Shown here in pieces: positions 9,631 to 19,453 of a DNA stretch of 64,000 nt (positions within the stretch are counted from its first letter, which is position 1; the number at the start of each line of letters is the position of its first letter). The notes beneath the pieces are model-generated. The model was not told where the DNA came from, searched no databases, and was given only the letters and a program-made list of their open reading frames with translations. The position numbers and the translations under genes were made by a program. The stretch is from Rickettsiales bacterium (lineage in GTDB: Bacteria; Pseudomonadota; Alphaproteobacteria; Rs-D84): positions 6,489 through 70,488 of the forward strand of contig JAISHM010000019.1 of the NCBI GenBank assembly GCA_031262525.1, read 5' to 3'.

Positions 9631-11064
9631 ATGGCAAAGACAGGTATCACCCCAACGCGGGCAGAAAATTACAGCGAATGGTATCAAAATGTCGTGGTGG
9701 CGGCGGATATGGCGGAAAATTCGCCAGTGCGGGGATGTATGACAATTAAACCATACGGCTGGGCGATATGGGAACTGATGCGCGCCGAGATGGATAAACA
9801 AATAAAGGCGGCGGGCGTATTAAACGCGAATTTTCCATTGCTGATACCGATTGAATATTTTAATAAAGAAGCCCAGCATGTTGCAGGCTTTGCCAAGGAA
9901 TGCGCGGTTGTAACACATCATCGGTTAAAAATGATTGATGGTAATTTACAACCAGACCCAGATGCGAAATTATCCGAACCATATATTATTCGTCCGACCA
10001 GTGAAACGATTATTGGCGAGGCTATGTCCCGCTGGGTGCAATCTTATCGTGATTTGCCGTTAAAGTTGAATCAGTGGGTAAATGTTATGCGTTGGGAAAT
10101 GCGCCCGCGTATATTCTTGCGGACATCGGAATTCAATTGGCAAGAGGGGCACAATGTTTTCGCAACTGCGGCGGACGCTATGGCGGACGCGCGAAAAATG
10201 CATAAAATGTATTGTGACTATGCCGAAAATTTTCTGGCGATACCTTGTATTCGTGGTGAAAAGACGCCCCAGGAAAGATTTGCTGGCGCGGACCATACAT
10301 TTACAATGGAATGGATTATGCAGGACGGGCGCGCATTACAGGGCGGAACTTCGCACGATTTGGGACAACATTTTGCACATTCTGCGAATATAAAGTATCT
10401 GGGTGCAGACGGGCAACAACATTTTGCATATACTACATCGTGGGGAACATCAACGCGTATGATTGGTGGTTTAATTATGACGCATAGTGATGATGATGGA
10501 CTGGTTCTTCCACCCAGTGTTGCCCCTTATCAGGTTGTGGTTATCCCGATTTTACCAGAACAAAATGAATACGCACACGCGCTGGCAGATAAATTGCGCG
10601 CGGCGGATATCCGTGTTTTTGTTGATGATACGGATGCGCGTTCATCTGATAAAATGTGGAAATGGATTAAACGGGGCGCCCCATTGCGTATTGAAATTGG
10701 TGGGGCAGAGGTTGCAGACAACACTGCAACAATTACGCGGCGTGATTTGGGAAAATCCAGCAAACAAACTTTGCCAACCACGGGAATTGAATCAGAAATT
10801 AAAAATATATTGAACGCGATGCAAACGGATTTGTTAAATGCGGCGCGTGCGCGTAATGAAAAAATGATTTTTGATGTTAAAACAATAGCGGATTTAGAAA
10901 GCGGGTTGTCGGACGAAAAAATTGGATTTTTCAGATTGCCATACGCGGAAACAATCGGCGAAAATGAAAAACATTTTGACGCGTTGATTGAAAAATATAA
11001 AATATCGCATCGGTGTCTGGACGACAACGACCCGTCATTTGTATTTGTTGCAAAATCGTATTAG
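9631..11064 (+). CDS. proS: prolyl-tRNA synthetase, archaeal/eukaryote-like subtype (no INS domain, C-terminal extension ending in Tyr)
   Basis: 'TRAENYSEWYQNVVVAADMAENSPVRGCMTIKPYGWAIWE'. Length 477 aa and terminal '...VFVAKSY'. Confidence 0.88.
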   Translation: MAKTGITPTRAENYSEWYQNVVVAADMAENSPVRGCMTIKPYGWAIWELMRAEMDKQIKAAGVLNANFPLLIPIEYFNKEAQHVAGFAKECAVVTHHRLKMIDGNLQPDPDAKLSEPYIIRPTSETIIGEAMSRWVQSYRDLPLKLNQWVNVMRWEMRPRIFLRTSEFNWQEGHNVFATAADAMADARKMHKMYCDYAENFLAIPCIRGEKTPQERFAGADHTFTMEWIMQDGRALQGGTSHDLGQHFAHSANIKYLGADGQQHFAYTTSWGTSTRMIGGLIMTHSDDDGLVLPPSVAPYQVVVIPILPEQNEYAHALADKLRAADIRVFVDDTDARSSDKMWKWIKRGAPLRIEIGGAEVADNTATITRRDLGKSSKQTLPTTGIESEIKNILNAMQTDLLNAARARNEKMIFDVKTIADLESGLSDEKIGFFRLPYAETIGENEKHFDALIEKYKISHRCLDDNDPSFVFVAKSY

Positions 11065-11076
11065 GGGGCGGGGGAA

Positions 11077-11220
11077 ATGTCAAAGCGTAAAGATTGCGAT
11101 TGTTGCACTAATCCTTTTCACAAAGTGAAGTGGTTATTGTATGATTTTGTGATGTGTTTTTTTACCTGTATCCTGGTGCATTGGTTGATGCATTGGCTGG
11201 GATTTTGGAGCGGACATTAA
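11077..11220 (+). CDS. 47-aa Cys/Trp-rich membrane peptide (hypothetical)
   Basis: Hand translation gives MSKRKDCDCCTNPFHKVKWLLYDFVMCFFTCILVHWLMHWLGFWSGH*. Sits between the proS stop and a strong terminator. Not in the ORF track. Confidence 0.3.
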   Translation: MSKRKDCDCCTNPFHKVKWLLYDFVMCFFTCILVHWLMHWLGFWSGH

Positions 11221-11246
11221 AACGCGGAACACTTCCGCGTTTTTTA
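11219..11246 (+). terminator. rho-independent terminator
   Basis: AACGCGGAA-cac-TTCCGCGTT followed by TTTTT. Confidence 0.75.
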
Positions 11247-11303
11247 GTTATAAATAATTTTTTTCTTGCCATAATTTCCTAAAATTTTCTATACTGATAG
11301 ATA

Positions 11304-12494
11304 TTGGAGAAATGTAAAAAAATCTTTGTAAAAAGGCCGTTTTTGGCCGTTTTGCGTATTTTTACGTGTTTGGTTTTTGCGCTGTGTTTTGGATTTTTAT
11401 CAAACGATTCGTTTGCGGCAATTATTACATCAAAAACTTATGTTGATAATGCGGTCAATCAAATCACGCAAGAGTTATCATCTGTCGCCGAAATCGTTGA
11501 TACTGCATTACAATCAGAAGATTTAAGTGGATATGCAACGCAGAGTTGGGTTCTGGCCCAGGGATATTCCACTGGTGTTGATGAAAACGGAAATGTTCCC
11601 GCGACCGAGGCAAATGTCAATGCGCTGCAAACCTCGATTTTAACACACATTGACGATGCATCTAATCCGCATGATGTTGGTAAAACTCAAATTGGTTTAT
11701 CCAATGTTCCAAATGTTGATACCACGAATGCAGCAAATATAACCAGTGGAATAATCGGTTTTACACATCTGCCAATTGGCACGACCGCGACATCGGTTGC
11801 TGCTGGGAATGACGCGCGATTCGCCGAAATTGAAAACAAAGTAGATGCCACAGATTTGGGAACATCTGCATATACTGATTCAAGCGCATACGCAACCGCC
11901 GCCCAGGGGGCGCTGGCGGATACAGCGTTGCAAGAATCTGATGTTGCGGATTTGCGTTCGTTGCTGGATTTGGGTTCTTATATTGGAACAGCAGCGACAA
12001 AATCGCAATTACCATCAACGATAGCGGCGGCAAAAACCCTGTGGGGGGATAACATTACACCAACTGTAAATGACTTTTCTGATGTTCTGGTTGATGAGTC
12101 TCGTGATGGGGCAAACGATTCATACAGAATTACATCTATCAACGCGGGGGTGATTACATGGGGTGCTGAACCTTTCCGAATTTACACCCAGGATACAACT
12201 GGTCTGATGTCCAGACAGGCAGGCGCAACATCGGGACATATAGCAACCTTTGATTCCAGCGGCGGGGTTACAGACAGCGGACACACAACCGACGAATTTG
12301 CAACTGATGCTGATATAGCCACAGCGGTCAGCACAAAGGTTGATGCCGATGATTTGGGGCAGGGCGCATTTGATGATATTGGCACAACATCGGGGACGAT
12401 TGCGGCCGGCGATGACGGGCGATTTGATACAATACCGACATCTATGCCATCATCGCAATTGCAGCCTGGACGGGCGTTTATCTGGATTGAATAA
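11304..12494 (+). CDS. secreted protein with phage-tail-fibre-like motifs
   Basis: Hydrophobic N-terminus ending '...SNDSFA|AII'. Has 'NPHDVGKTQIGLSNVPNVDTTNAANITSG' and two copies of GT[TS]xx[ST][VI]AAG[ND]DxRF. Start uncertain (TTG 11304, or TTG 11343 behind AAAGG). Confidence 0.5.
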   Translation: MEKCKKIFVKRPFLAVLRIFTCLVFALCFGFLSNDSFAAIITSKTYVDNAVNQITQELSSVAEIVDTALQSEDLSGYATQSWVLAQGYSTGVDENGNVPATEANVNALQTSILTHIDDASNPHDVGKTQIGLSNVPNVDTTNAANITSGIIGFTHLPIGTTATSVAAGNDARFAEIENKVDATDLGTSAYTDSSAYATAAQGALADTALQESDVADLRSLLDLGSYIGTAATKSQLPSTIAAAKTLWGDNITPTVNDFSDVLVDESRDGANDSYRITSINAGVITWGAEPFRIYTQDTTGLMSRQAGATSGHIATFDSSGGVTDSGHTTDEFATDADIATAVSTKVDADDLGQGAFDDIGTTSGTIAAGDDGRFDTIPTSMPSSQLQPGRAFIWIE

Positions 12495-12497
12495 AAA

Positions 12498-15230
12498 ATG
12501 TTTTGCATAACGACATTTTTCCAAAAAAATAAATTTGCTTTTGCAAAATGTTTTTTATTTGTTTTTTCTATGTTTATTTTTGTTGGTGCGGCAAACGCGG
12601 TCAGTATGAATCTGAATAAGGCAGGTGGCTCGGGCGCGCTGGGGACATCAACCGGAACAGCGGCTGTGCGAATAAAATGCCAAGGTTCGTCTTGTTTATT
12701 ACCATCTGTGGGGGGGCTGACGCGCGATGGTTCAATTTATACGCAATCGCCACTTTATATGCCGGGCACGACGACTGCGCCGATACTGGGGTCCAGCATA
12801 GATGGAAATGTTCGTAATGGCTCGCCCAGCACGATATATTCGGCGGGGGTATGGTGTAATGCAGTATATGGGAATGGAACAACTTGTTTTGCTGGGAATA
12901 CGACCGTAAAGATAAAGGGAAATATGCAACTTTATGCGATGTGGTCTTGTGATGCTGGATATTACGCACCAGACCAAGATACTTGTGTGCAGGTTGAGGC
13001 TGGTTATTACAGTCCATATCAAGAACTGGATAAACATGATTGCCCAGCGGGTTCTTATTGCCCAGCGGGTTCGGCGGCTGCAAATCCATGTCCGTCCAGT
13101 CATCCACTATCAGACCCATTAAACGATGAAATTGGAAAATGTTACGCGGATACGGAATGTCCGCTGGCGCCGAATGCGACCGCAATGTCGGGACGAGATT
13201 CGTATGACGCGGCGTATGATTCTTGTGAAATAGTATCTTGTGAAGCGGGGTATAATATAATTGACGGAATGTGTATCCAGGGATGTCCATCGGGTCAATA
13301 TTTATCGGGGACGACCTGCATAGAATGCACCGCGGACAATTATTGTCTGGGTGGTTTTACACCACAAATGGAATGCCCAACAGAGTTTCCATTTGCCGAC
13401 GCGGGCAGTCATGGTTCAGACCATTGTTATTCACAATGCGAAATGTGGCCGAATGCCACGGCGATGAGTGGATATAATTTTTATGACGGGACAACAACTT
13501 GCGCGGCATCTGCATGCGCAACGGATTATACGGTTGTAAATAGCGAGTGTGAATTGACATGTGCAATTGGGTATTATTCCGAAGATGAAACAACATGTGT
13601 GCCTTGCTTAGCGGGGTATTGGTGCCCCGCTGATACTCCTTTTGAGCAAGATTGCAAGGAAGGTTTTTATTGCCCCACGGGCGCGGGCGCACAACTGGGA
13701 TGTCCCGAAGATTATCCAAACTCTGATATGCACAGCGATGCAATGACGGATTGTTATGCGGTTGGGTCGTGTTCTTTGACAACTGGCGCAACACAAATGA
13801 CCGGATATAATTTTTATGGTGGGAGCAGCACTTGCAAGGCGACGGCCTGTCAAACGGATTATGACCTTATTGACGGGGCGTGTGTTCCGGCGGCGGATAA
13901 TGTTTCGGTAACATTTTATAAATCTGGTGGAACGGGAACATTGCTGGGGGCGACTGGCACAATCGCGCCAGAATACGATTGTAATGGCGACCAATGTACT
14001 TTACCGAGTGCGGCAATTTTAACGCGTGCAAATTCAACTGCTTTTTATGCACCTGATGGGACATATCATGCAAATGGAATGTGGTGCACTGGGCCGAATG
14101 GCACGGGCGTTTGTTATGAGGGCGGAACAACGATAACACTGACCGAAGATGATGACGATGATGACACTGGCACAGACCAATACCTGTATGCAATGTTTAC
14201 TTGTATGGGGGGATACTATGCCGCGAACGACAGCACGACCGCGTGTGTCCAGGCGGGCAGTGGTTATTTCAGTCCCGCATATTCATACACACGCACCGCG
14301 TGTGAAGAAGGTAATTATTGCACAGGAACAACATTGGCACGACAAACGCCATGTCCCGAAACACATCCTGATTCTGGACCAATGAATTTATCAGTCTTGA
14401 ATTGTCGAACAGGATGTACCCTGACCGCGGGCGCAGCAACCATGGTTTCTGGGGGGTATGATTATTATGGTATAACGGATACATGTGCGGCCGCATCTTG
14501 CAATACGGGGTATGATTTAACGAATGGGGTATGTATTCCAACAAGCACAGAATGCGACCCAGGTTATTATTATAACGGGACCAGTTGTTCGGAATGTGCC
14601 GCTGGAAATTATTGCCCTGGGGGTGAAAACGCCCCTTCAAATCCGTGCCCAGAAGGTTTTATCAGGTCGGCATCAAAAAATGAAAATGTATCAACTTGTT
14701 ATGCTAATTGCGCTATCACGGAAAATGCGGTATCTATGACTGGTTATAATTATTATATGGCAACTGATACTTGCGCGCCATCAGCGTGCAAAGTAAATTA
14801 CGCGTTGGAAAATGGTGTGTGTGTATTAAACGCTTGTCCGATGGGGCAATTTATGAATGGTGGAATTTGTGATACATGTGGCGCGGGGCTTTGGTATGCG
14901 GGCGCAGGGACAAGTTGCGAATCCGTAGGAACAAGTTATTACAGCCCGATGGATGACAGCCGTCGTTATCAGTGTCCTGTGAATAAATTGTCGGGTGGAA
15001 ATGGAGAGTATGCAGACAGCATTATTGACTGCACAAATTATAAAACGCTTAAAATTTCGGACGGGACAAACCTGGTCAGTATTATTATGAGAACACAAAA
15101 AATGACCAGTCCTGCGTTAAATGTTTATGATGGGGCAAATGTTTATTATGGAAATTTATCGGGTGTTGCGCCATCTGGACGGGGAATTCATATCGGAAAT
15201 TATTATTTATCAAGCAATCAAAGCGATTGA
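12498..15230 (+). CDS. 910-aa secreted Cys-rich repeat surface protein (two super-repeats)
   Basis: Signal peptide '...FVGAANA'. A module beginning 'V[ST][MV].[LF].K[AS]GG[ST]G...C.LPS...LTR...LYAM[WF][ST]C..GYYA' starts at about aa 35 and again at about aa 469. Many 'C..G.YC[PT]GG/AG' and 'C...Y.L..G.C' units follow. Confidence 0.8.
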   Translation: MFCITTFFQKNKFAFAKCFLFVFSMFIFVGAANAVSMNLNKAGGSGALGTSTGTAAVRIKCQGSSCLLPSVGGLTRDGSIYTQSPLYMPGTTTAPILGSSIDGNVRNGSPSTIYSAGVWCNAVYGNGTTCFAGNTTVKIKGNMQLYAMWSCDAGYYAPDQDTCVQVEAGYYSPYQELDKHDCPAGSYCPAGSAAANPCPSSHPLSDPLNDEIGKCYADTECPLAPNATAMSGRDSYDAAYDSCEIVSCEAGYNIIDGMCIQGCPSGQYLSGTTCIECTADNYCLGGFTPQMECPTEFPFADAGSHGSDHCYSQCEMWPNATAMSGYNFYDGTTTCAASACATDYTVVNSECELTCAIGYYSEDETTCVPCLAGYWCPADTPFEQDCKEGFYCPTGAGAQLGCPEDYPNSDMHSDAMTDCYAVGSCSLTTGATQMTGYNFYGGSSTCKATACQTDYDLIDGACVPAADNVSVTFYKSGGTGTLLGATGTIAPEYDCNGDQCTLPSAAILTRANSTAFYAPDGTYHANGMWCTGPNGTGVCYEGGTTITLTEDDDDDDTGTDQYLYAMFTCMGGYYAANDSTTACVQAGSGYFSPAYSYTRTACEEGNYCTGTTLARQTPCPETHPDSGPMNLSVLNCRTGCTLTAGAATMVSGGYDYYGITDTCAAASCNTGYDLTNGVCIPTSTECDPGYYYNGTSCSECAAGNYCPGGENAPSNPCPEGFIRSASKNENVSTCYANCAITENAVSMTGYNYYMATDTCAPSACKVNYALENGVCVLNACPMGQFMNGGICDTCGAGLWYAGAGTSCESVGTSYYSPMDDSRRYQCPVNKLSGGNGEYADSIIDCTNYKTLKISDGTNLVSIIMRTQKMTSPALNVYDGANVYYGNLSGVAPSGRGIHIGNYYLSSNQSD

Positions 15231-15239
15231 ATAAGATAT

Positions 15240-15623
15240 CTATCTTGTTTGTTCCAGCGCCCTGGCACACACAAAACATTTTTGGTCGGTTTTGCAATCG
15301 GGACAATTATATTTGATATAATTATTCATCGGACATTCGTCGCAATAATTATAACAATGTGTTATAAGACTATGTGAGGATATGTTCGGAAATAATATCT
15401 TATCACAACTATCTTCTGGAAATTCACATACTGGATTTTGATTGTTTTTATAATCCACAGTACCAAATTGTTGAACCAGTTCCAAAACTTTACATTTTCG
15501 TTCATCACCAGAATTATGATAGGAAACTGCGTTTTGACAGTATAAAATGATTCTTGTATTTCGCCAATTTTCTGAAAAACCAACTGGCGCATAATAACGA
15601 AATGATATAAAACTGGACGACAT
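15240..15623 (-). CDS. Cys-rich hypothetical protein (127 aa)
   Basis: CxxC-type clusters (CYNYCDEC, CPDC, CFVC). Convergent with the 910-aa gene across a 9-nt gap. Confidence 0.4.
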   Translation of the reverse strand: MSSSFISFRYYAPVGFSENWRNTRIILYCQNAVSYHNSGDERKCKVLELVQQFGTVDYKNNQNPVCEFPEDSCDKILFPNISSHSLITHCYNYCDECPMNNYIKYNCPDCKTDQKCFVCARALEQTR

Positions 15624-15673
15624 TTATAATATCTGTTTTGTTTGTATCTCTCTCTTACCCCAGATATTATTAT

Positions 15674-15701
15674 GGAAACGCGGGGGGTCCCCCGCGTTTC
15701 C
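15674..15701 (-). terminator. GC-rich hairpin immediately after the rpsA stop
   Basis: GGAAACGCGGGG-ggtc-CCCCGCGTTTCC. The U-tract is weak on the minus strand and strong on the plus strand, so it may act in both directions. Confidence 0.5.
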
Positions 15702-15708
15702 GTGTTTT

Positions 15709-17397
15709 TTACTTTTTGCTGTTTTCAATGGCCGCGCCCAAGATATCGCCCAACACACTGCCGCTGTCGGCCTGGTTTGCGTAATCTTTGACTGCTTGTT
15801 TTTCCATTGCAACCTGTAATGCGCGCACAGACAATTTAACATCCGACCCGTCTGTTGCGACGACAGATGCCTCTATCGTATCGCCAACATTGAATTTTGA
15901 TGTGTTTTGTCCTTCTTTTTCACGCGACAGGTCTGTGCGACGGATAATTCCGCGCGCATCCCCCGGCAGGGCAACAATAACTTCATCAGGCGTGATTTCG
16001 GAAATTGTTCCCGCAACCACCGCGCCTTTTTTAAGGGATGATTTATTGTCTTCGCCACCATCGGTCATCTGTTTGATGCCCAATGTGATGCGTTCTTTTT
16101 CAGGATTGATGTCCAGGATTTTCGCCGTGACTTCTTGACCGCGAACGAATTTTTTCAATTCTTCTTCGTCCAGTTTATTCCAGGACAAGTCAGAAATATG
16201 AACCATTCCGTCTAATTCTGGTGTCAGCGCGACAAACAAACCAAATTCGGTTGTGTTTTTAATCGGACCGGTTACAACATCGCCAACATTGTGTGTTTCT
16301 GCAAATTTTTTCCAAGGATTACCTTGTAATTGTTTATAACCCAATGAAATACGGCGTTTATCTTGGTCAATACCCAAAATAATCACATCAATTTCTTGAC
16401 CATTTTGCAGAACGCTAGACGGATGAACATTTTTGTTGGTCCAGGATAATTCAGACATATGGATTAAACCCTCTATCCCGTCGCCCAAATCAACAAACGC
16501 ACCATAGTCGGTAAGTGATGATACTTTCCCGTGCAAAGTATCGCCGATGTTAAACGCACGTGACGCGGACGCCCATGGGTCTTCTTCCAGTTGTTTCATC
16601 CCCAATGATACACGACCGGATTCTGGGTCAAATTGAATAACTTTTACCTTAATCTTTTCGCCGGTATGAACAACTTCGCGTGGGTGATTTACGCGTTTCC
16701 AAGACAGGTCGGTAACATGCAACAGCCCGTCAATTCCGCCCAAATCAACAAACACACCATAATCGGTAATGTTTTTTACAACCCCATCCAGCACCGCGCC
16801 CAGCGATATGTTTTTCATCGCTTCTTTTTGTGCCGCTGCAATAGAATCAGATTGAATTGCACGACGCGATACAATCGCGTTTGTCCGCAAAGCGTCCATT
16901 TTCAAGACACGGAATTTGTCGGTTACACCAACCAAAGCCTTTGGGTCGCGTGGAGGGCGACTATCTGCCTGACTTGCTGGCATAAACGCAAACACCCCAT
17001 TCAAATCAACTGTGTATCCACCGCGCACAGCCTCTATAATCGTTCCTGTTGGGTCAATTCCATCTGCAACCGCTTTTTCCAGTTCTTTCCATGCTTTTTC
17101 TGCACGTGCCTTTGCATACGATAAAACTGCGGTCCCTTCGCGTGATTCATAGCGTTCAACAAAAACATCAATAATATCACCAACCTGTGGGGGATTTGCG
17201 CCAAATTCTTTTAATGGAACGCGCCCCTCGGATTTCAGACCAACATCAACCAAAACAAAGTCATCACGAATATCTTTGACTGTTCCCTTGGTTGCATAAC
17301 CCTGAAGAGTTTCTTGTTTGCCATAATTGGTATCAAACATTTCTGCGAAATTTTCGTTCGCAATTGGATTAAATAAATCTTTGGATAAATCTTTCAT
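15709..17397 (-). CDS. rpsA: 30S ribosomal protein S1
   Basis: Six S1-type repeats, for example 'GTVKDIRDDFVLVDVGLKSEG' and 'GVVKNITDYGVFVDLGGIDGLLHVTDLSW'. Start trimmed to MKDLSKDLF (ATG 17397). Confidence 0.93.
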   Translation of the reverse strand: MKDLSKDLFNPIANENFAEMFDTNYGKQETLQGYATKGTVKDIRDDFVLVDVGLKSEGRVPLKEFGANPPQVGDIIDVFVERYESREGTAVLSYAKARAEKAWKELEKAVADGIDPTGTIIEAVRGGYTVDLNGVFAFMPASQADSRPPRDPKALVGVTDKFRVLKMDALRTNAIVSRRAIQSDSIAAAQKEAMKNISLGAVLDGVVKNITDYGVFVDLGGIDGLLHVTDLSWKRVNHPREVVHTGEKIKVKVIQFDPESGRVSLGMKQLEEDPWASASRAFNIGDTLHGKVSSLTDYGAFVDLGDGIEGLIHMSELSWTNKNVHPSSVLQNGQEIDVIILGIDQDKRRISLGYKQLQGNPWKKFAETHNVGDVVTGPIKNTTEFGLFVALTPELDGMVHISDLSWNKLDEEELKKFVRGQEVTAKILDINPEKERITLGIKQMTDGGEDNKSSLKKGAVVAGTISEITPDEVIVALPGDARGIIRRTDLSREKEGQNTSKFNVGDTIEASVVATDGSDVKLSVRALQVAMEKQAVKDYANQADSGSVLGDILGAAIENSKK

Positions 17398-17486
17398 AAA
17401 AAATACACAAAGTTTGCCAGATGTTAAACATCGGTCTTGGCGGGTTATTCTGATTGCCCATACGCCGCCCCGCATAGACAAGCCAA

Positions 17487-17515
17487 ATTTTATATCAAAA
17501 AAAATAAGATTGCAA
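17487..17515 (-). promoter_or_regulatory. sigma70-like promoter (TTGCAA-17 nt-TAAAAT) for rpsA
   Basis: Minus-strand -35 at 17510-17515 and -10 at 17487-17492. Leaves an untranslated leader of about 80 nt. Confidence 0.5.
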
Positions 17516-17543
17516 GTAAAAAACGCGGGGATTCCCGCGCTTT
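17516..17543 (-). terminator. rho-independent terminator after tig
   Basis: CGCGGG-gatt-CCCGCG flanked by an A-run and a T-run (bidirectional design). Confidence 0.7.
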
Positions 17544-18824
17544 TTATTTTACTTCTTTTTGCTTAAACAATTCTTCGGGTTTAACCTTTTTTTCTTTGGG
17601 TTTCACCTGCTTCAACATTTCGTCCAAGACTTTTTGTTCAAACAACATTCCACGAACCATGGTCAGCGCATTCGGATTCTTGTTATAGAATTGGAACACT
17701 TGTTGTGGGTCGGGATAGCGTGATGCCTCGTCCCAAACAGCGCGTTGCAATTCTTCATTAGTAATCGCAACTTTGTTTTGTGTTCCCCATTCCGCCAGAA
17801 TCAGCCCCAGCAATACGCGTTTTGATGAATCTTTGCGTTCTTTTTTCTCATCAAATTTTGCGCCTGAATGCACAGCCTCATCCGCTGCCATTTTTAATTC
17901 TTGTTCAATTAAAACCTCTGGGATATCCATTTTGACCTTGTCCGCCAAGATGTCCAGCAATTCGTTCCGCATTTCTTTTTTTGCGGCACCAGAGTATTGT
18001 TCAGTCAAAATTTCACGAATATGTTCGCGTAATTTTTGGACAGATTCAATACCAACTTCCTTGGCCAATTCATCATTTAATTCTGGCAAAATGTGTTTGC
18101 GAATTTCGTGGATTTTAATCTCAAACTTTGCTTCCTTACCCACCAGGTCCGCGCTATGATACTCTTTTGGAAAGCGTACCTTTATATCAAATTCATCGCC
18201 AGCTTTATGTCCGATAATTTTTTCTTCGAATCCTGGGATAAAACTGCCGCTGCCCAAAATCAAGTGATGTTTTTTTGCTTCACCACCATCAAACGCTTTG
18301 TCGCCCATAAATCCCTTGAAATCTATGACCACGACATCGCCGTCGGCCGCTGTATATTTTTCGTTTTGTTTTTCAGCCTGGGCGCGTGATTTACACAAAT
18401 TTTCAATTGACTTTTCAACTTCGGATTCTGGAACATCTGCCACTGGTTTTGTAATTGTAATTTTTGATAAATCTATTTCCGGCAGTGTCGGCAAAATATC
18501 AAATTCCAGTGTGTATTCCGCGTCCGCCCCATCCTTGTAATTTACAAAGTCTGCACGCGGCGCCGCCGCCAAACGCAGTTTTTTATCCGCAACATATTTT
18601 TCCATATCCGCATTCATCATTTTATCCAGCGCTTCACCACGCGCGGTTGCACCGAATTTTTGGCGTAAAATAGTCAATGGAATATGCCCCTTGCGAAAGC
18701 CCGCCATTTTTGCAGTTTTTCCATATTCTGTTAAAATTTCATCCGCGCGCGCCGCAATATCCGCCGCAGAAATCACACCTGTCAAAGAATAATGTAAATC
18801 TTTTATTTTTTCTTTTTTTATCAT
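17544..18824 (-). CDS. tig: trigger factor
   Basis: 'MAGFRKGHIPLTILRQKFG'. Central FKBP-like segment 'GDVVVIDFKGFMGDKAFDGGEAKKHHLILGSGSFIPGFEEKIIG'. Confidence 0.9.
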   Translation of the reverse strand: MIKKEKIKDLHYSLTGVISAADIAARADEILTEYGKTAKMAGFRKGHIPLTILRQKFGATARGEALDKMMNADMEKYVADKKLRLAAAPRADFVNYKDGADAEYTLEFDILPTLPEIDLSKITITKPVADVPESEVEKSIENLCKSRAQAEKQNEKYTAADGDVVVIDFKGFMGDKAFDGGEAKKHHLILGSGSFIPGFEEKIIGHKAGDEFDIKVRFPKEYHSADLVGKEAKFEIKIHEIRKHILPELNDELAKEVGIESVQKLREHIREILTEQYSGAAKKEMRNELLDILADKVKMDIPEVLIEQELKMAADEAVHSGAKFDEKKERKDSSKRVLLGLILAEWGTQNKVAITNEELQRAVWDEASRYPDPQQVFQFYNKNPNALTMVRGMLFEQKVLDEMLKQVKPKEKKVKPEELFKQKEVK

Positions 18825-18895
18825 CGCAAAAACCTTTATTCTGAAATTGCAAAATTACGGCGCGATAAATTCGCGCCATAAAATTGCAAGTTTTA

Positions 18896-19453
18896 TTAAC
18901 GCTTGCTGAACTGAGTTGAACGACGCGCCTTATGAAATCCATAGTGCTTACGTTCAACAACACGGCTGTCGCGTGTCAGGAAGCCCGCGCGTTTCAATGC
19001 GCCACGCAAATCTGGTTCGCGCAGGACCAACGCCCGTGAAATTCCGTGTTTAACCGCGCCCGCCTGACCCGACAGACCACCGCCCGCACACATCGCAATA
19101 ACATCGTATTGACCGGTGCGTCCCGCAACATCAAATGGTTGCGCGATAATCATTTGCAAAACATCACGACGAAAGTATTTGTTCATCGGTTTGCCGTTGA
19201 TTGTCATACTGCCTTTGCCAGGGATTAAATAAACGCGTGCAACGCTGTCTTTGCGCTTTCCAGTTGCGTATGTTGCGCCCTGAATTTTTGCAGTTGCCAC
19301 AGATTCAGTTTTAACCGCCGCAGTTTTCACAGGTTTTGCAACCTTTGCAACTTTTTCAGTGGTTTCTTTCTTTGGCACGGCCGCCTTTTTCACAGCGGGC
19401 GCTTTCTTTGCCGCAGTTTCTTTTTTTGCGGTTGTTTTTTTAACTTCTGCCAT
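18896..19453 (-). CDS. rpsI: 30S ribosomal protein S9 with Lys/Ala-rich N-terminal extension
   Basis: '[24 protein letters not shown]' and a C-terminal '...[10 protein letters not shown]'. Confidence 0.93.
   Translation of the reverse strand: MAEVKKTTAKKETAAKKAPAVKKAAVPKKETTEKVAKVAKPVKTAAVKTESVATAKIQGATYATGKRKDSVARVYLIPGKGSMTINGKPMNKYFRRDVLQMIIAQPFDVAGRTGQYDVIAMCAGGGLSGQAGAVKHGISRALVLREPDLRGALKRAGFLTRDSRVVERKHYGFHKARRSTQFSKR

Noticed and set aside
11304-12494. Prophage or gene-transfer-agent remnant, suggested by the tail-fibre-like motifs
   Set aside because: No capsid, portal, terminase, tape-measure, integrase or attachment-site repeats occur within the window. The protein has a signal-like N-terminus and is in an operon with a surface-protein gene. 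I kept it as a domesticated fibre-like adhesin hypothesis instead.
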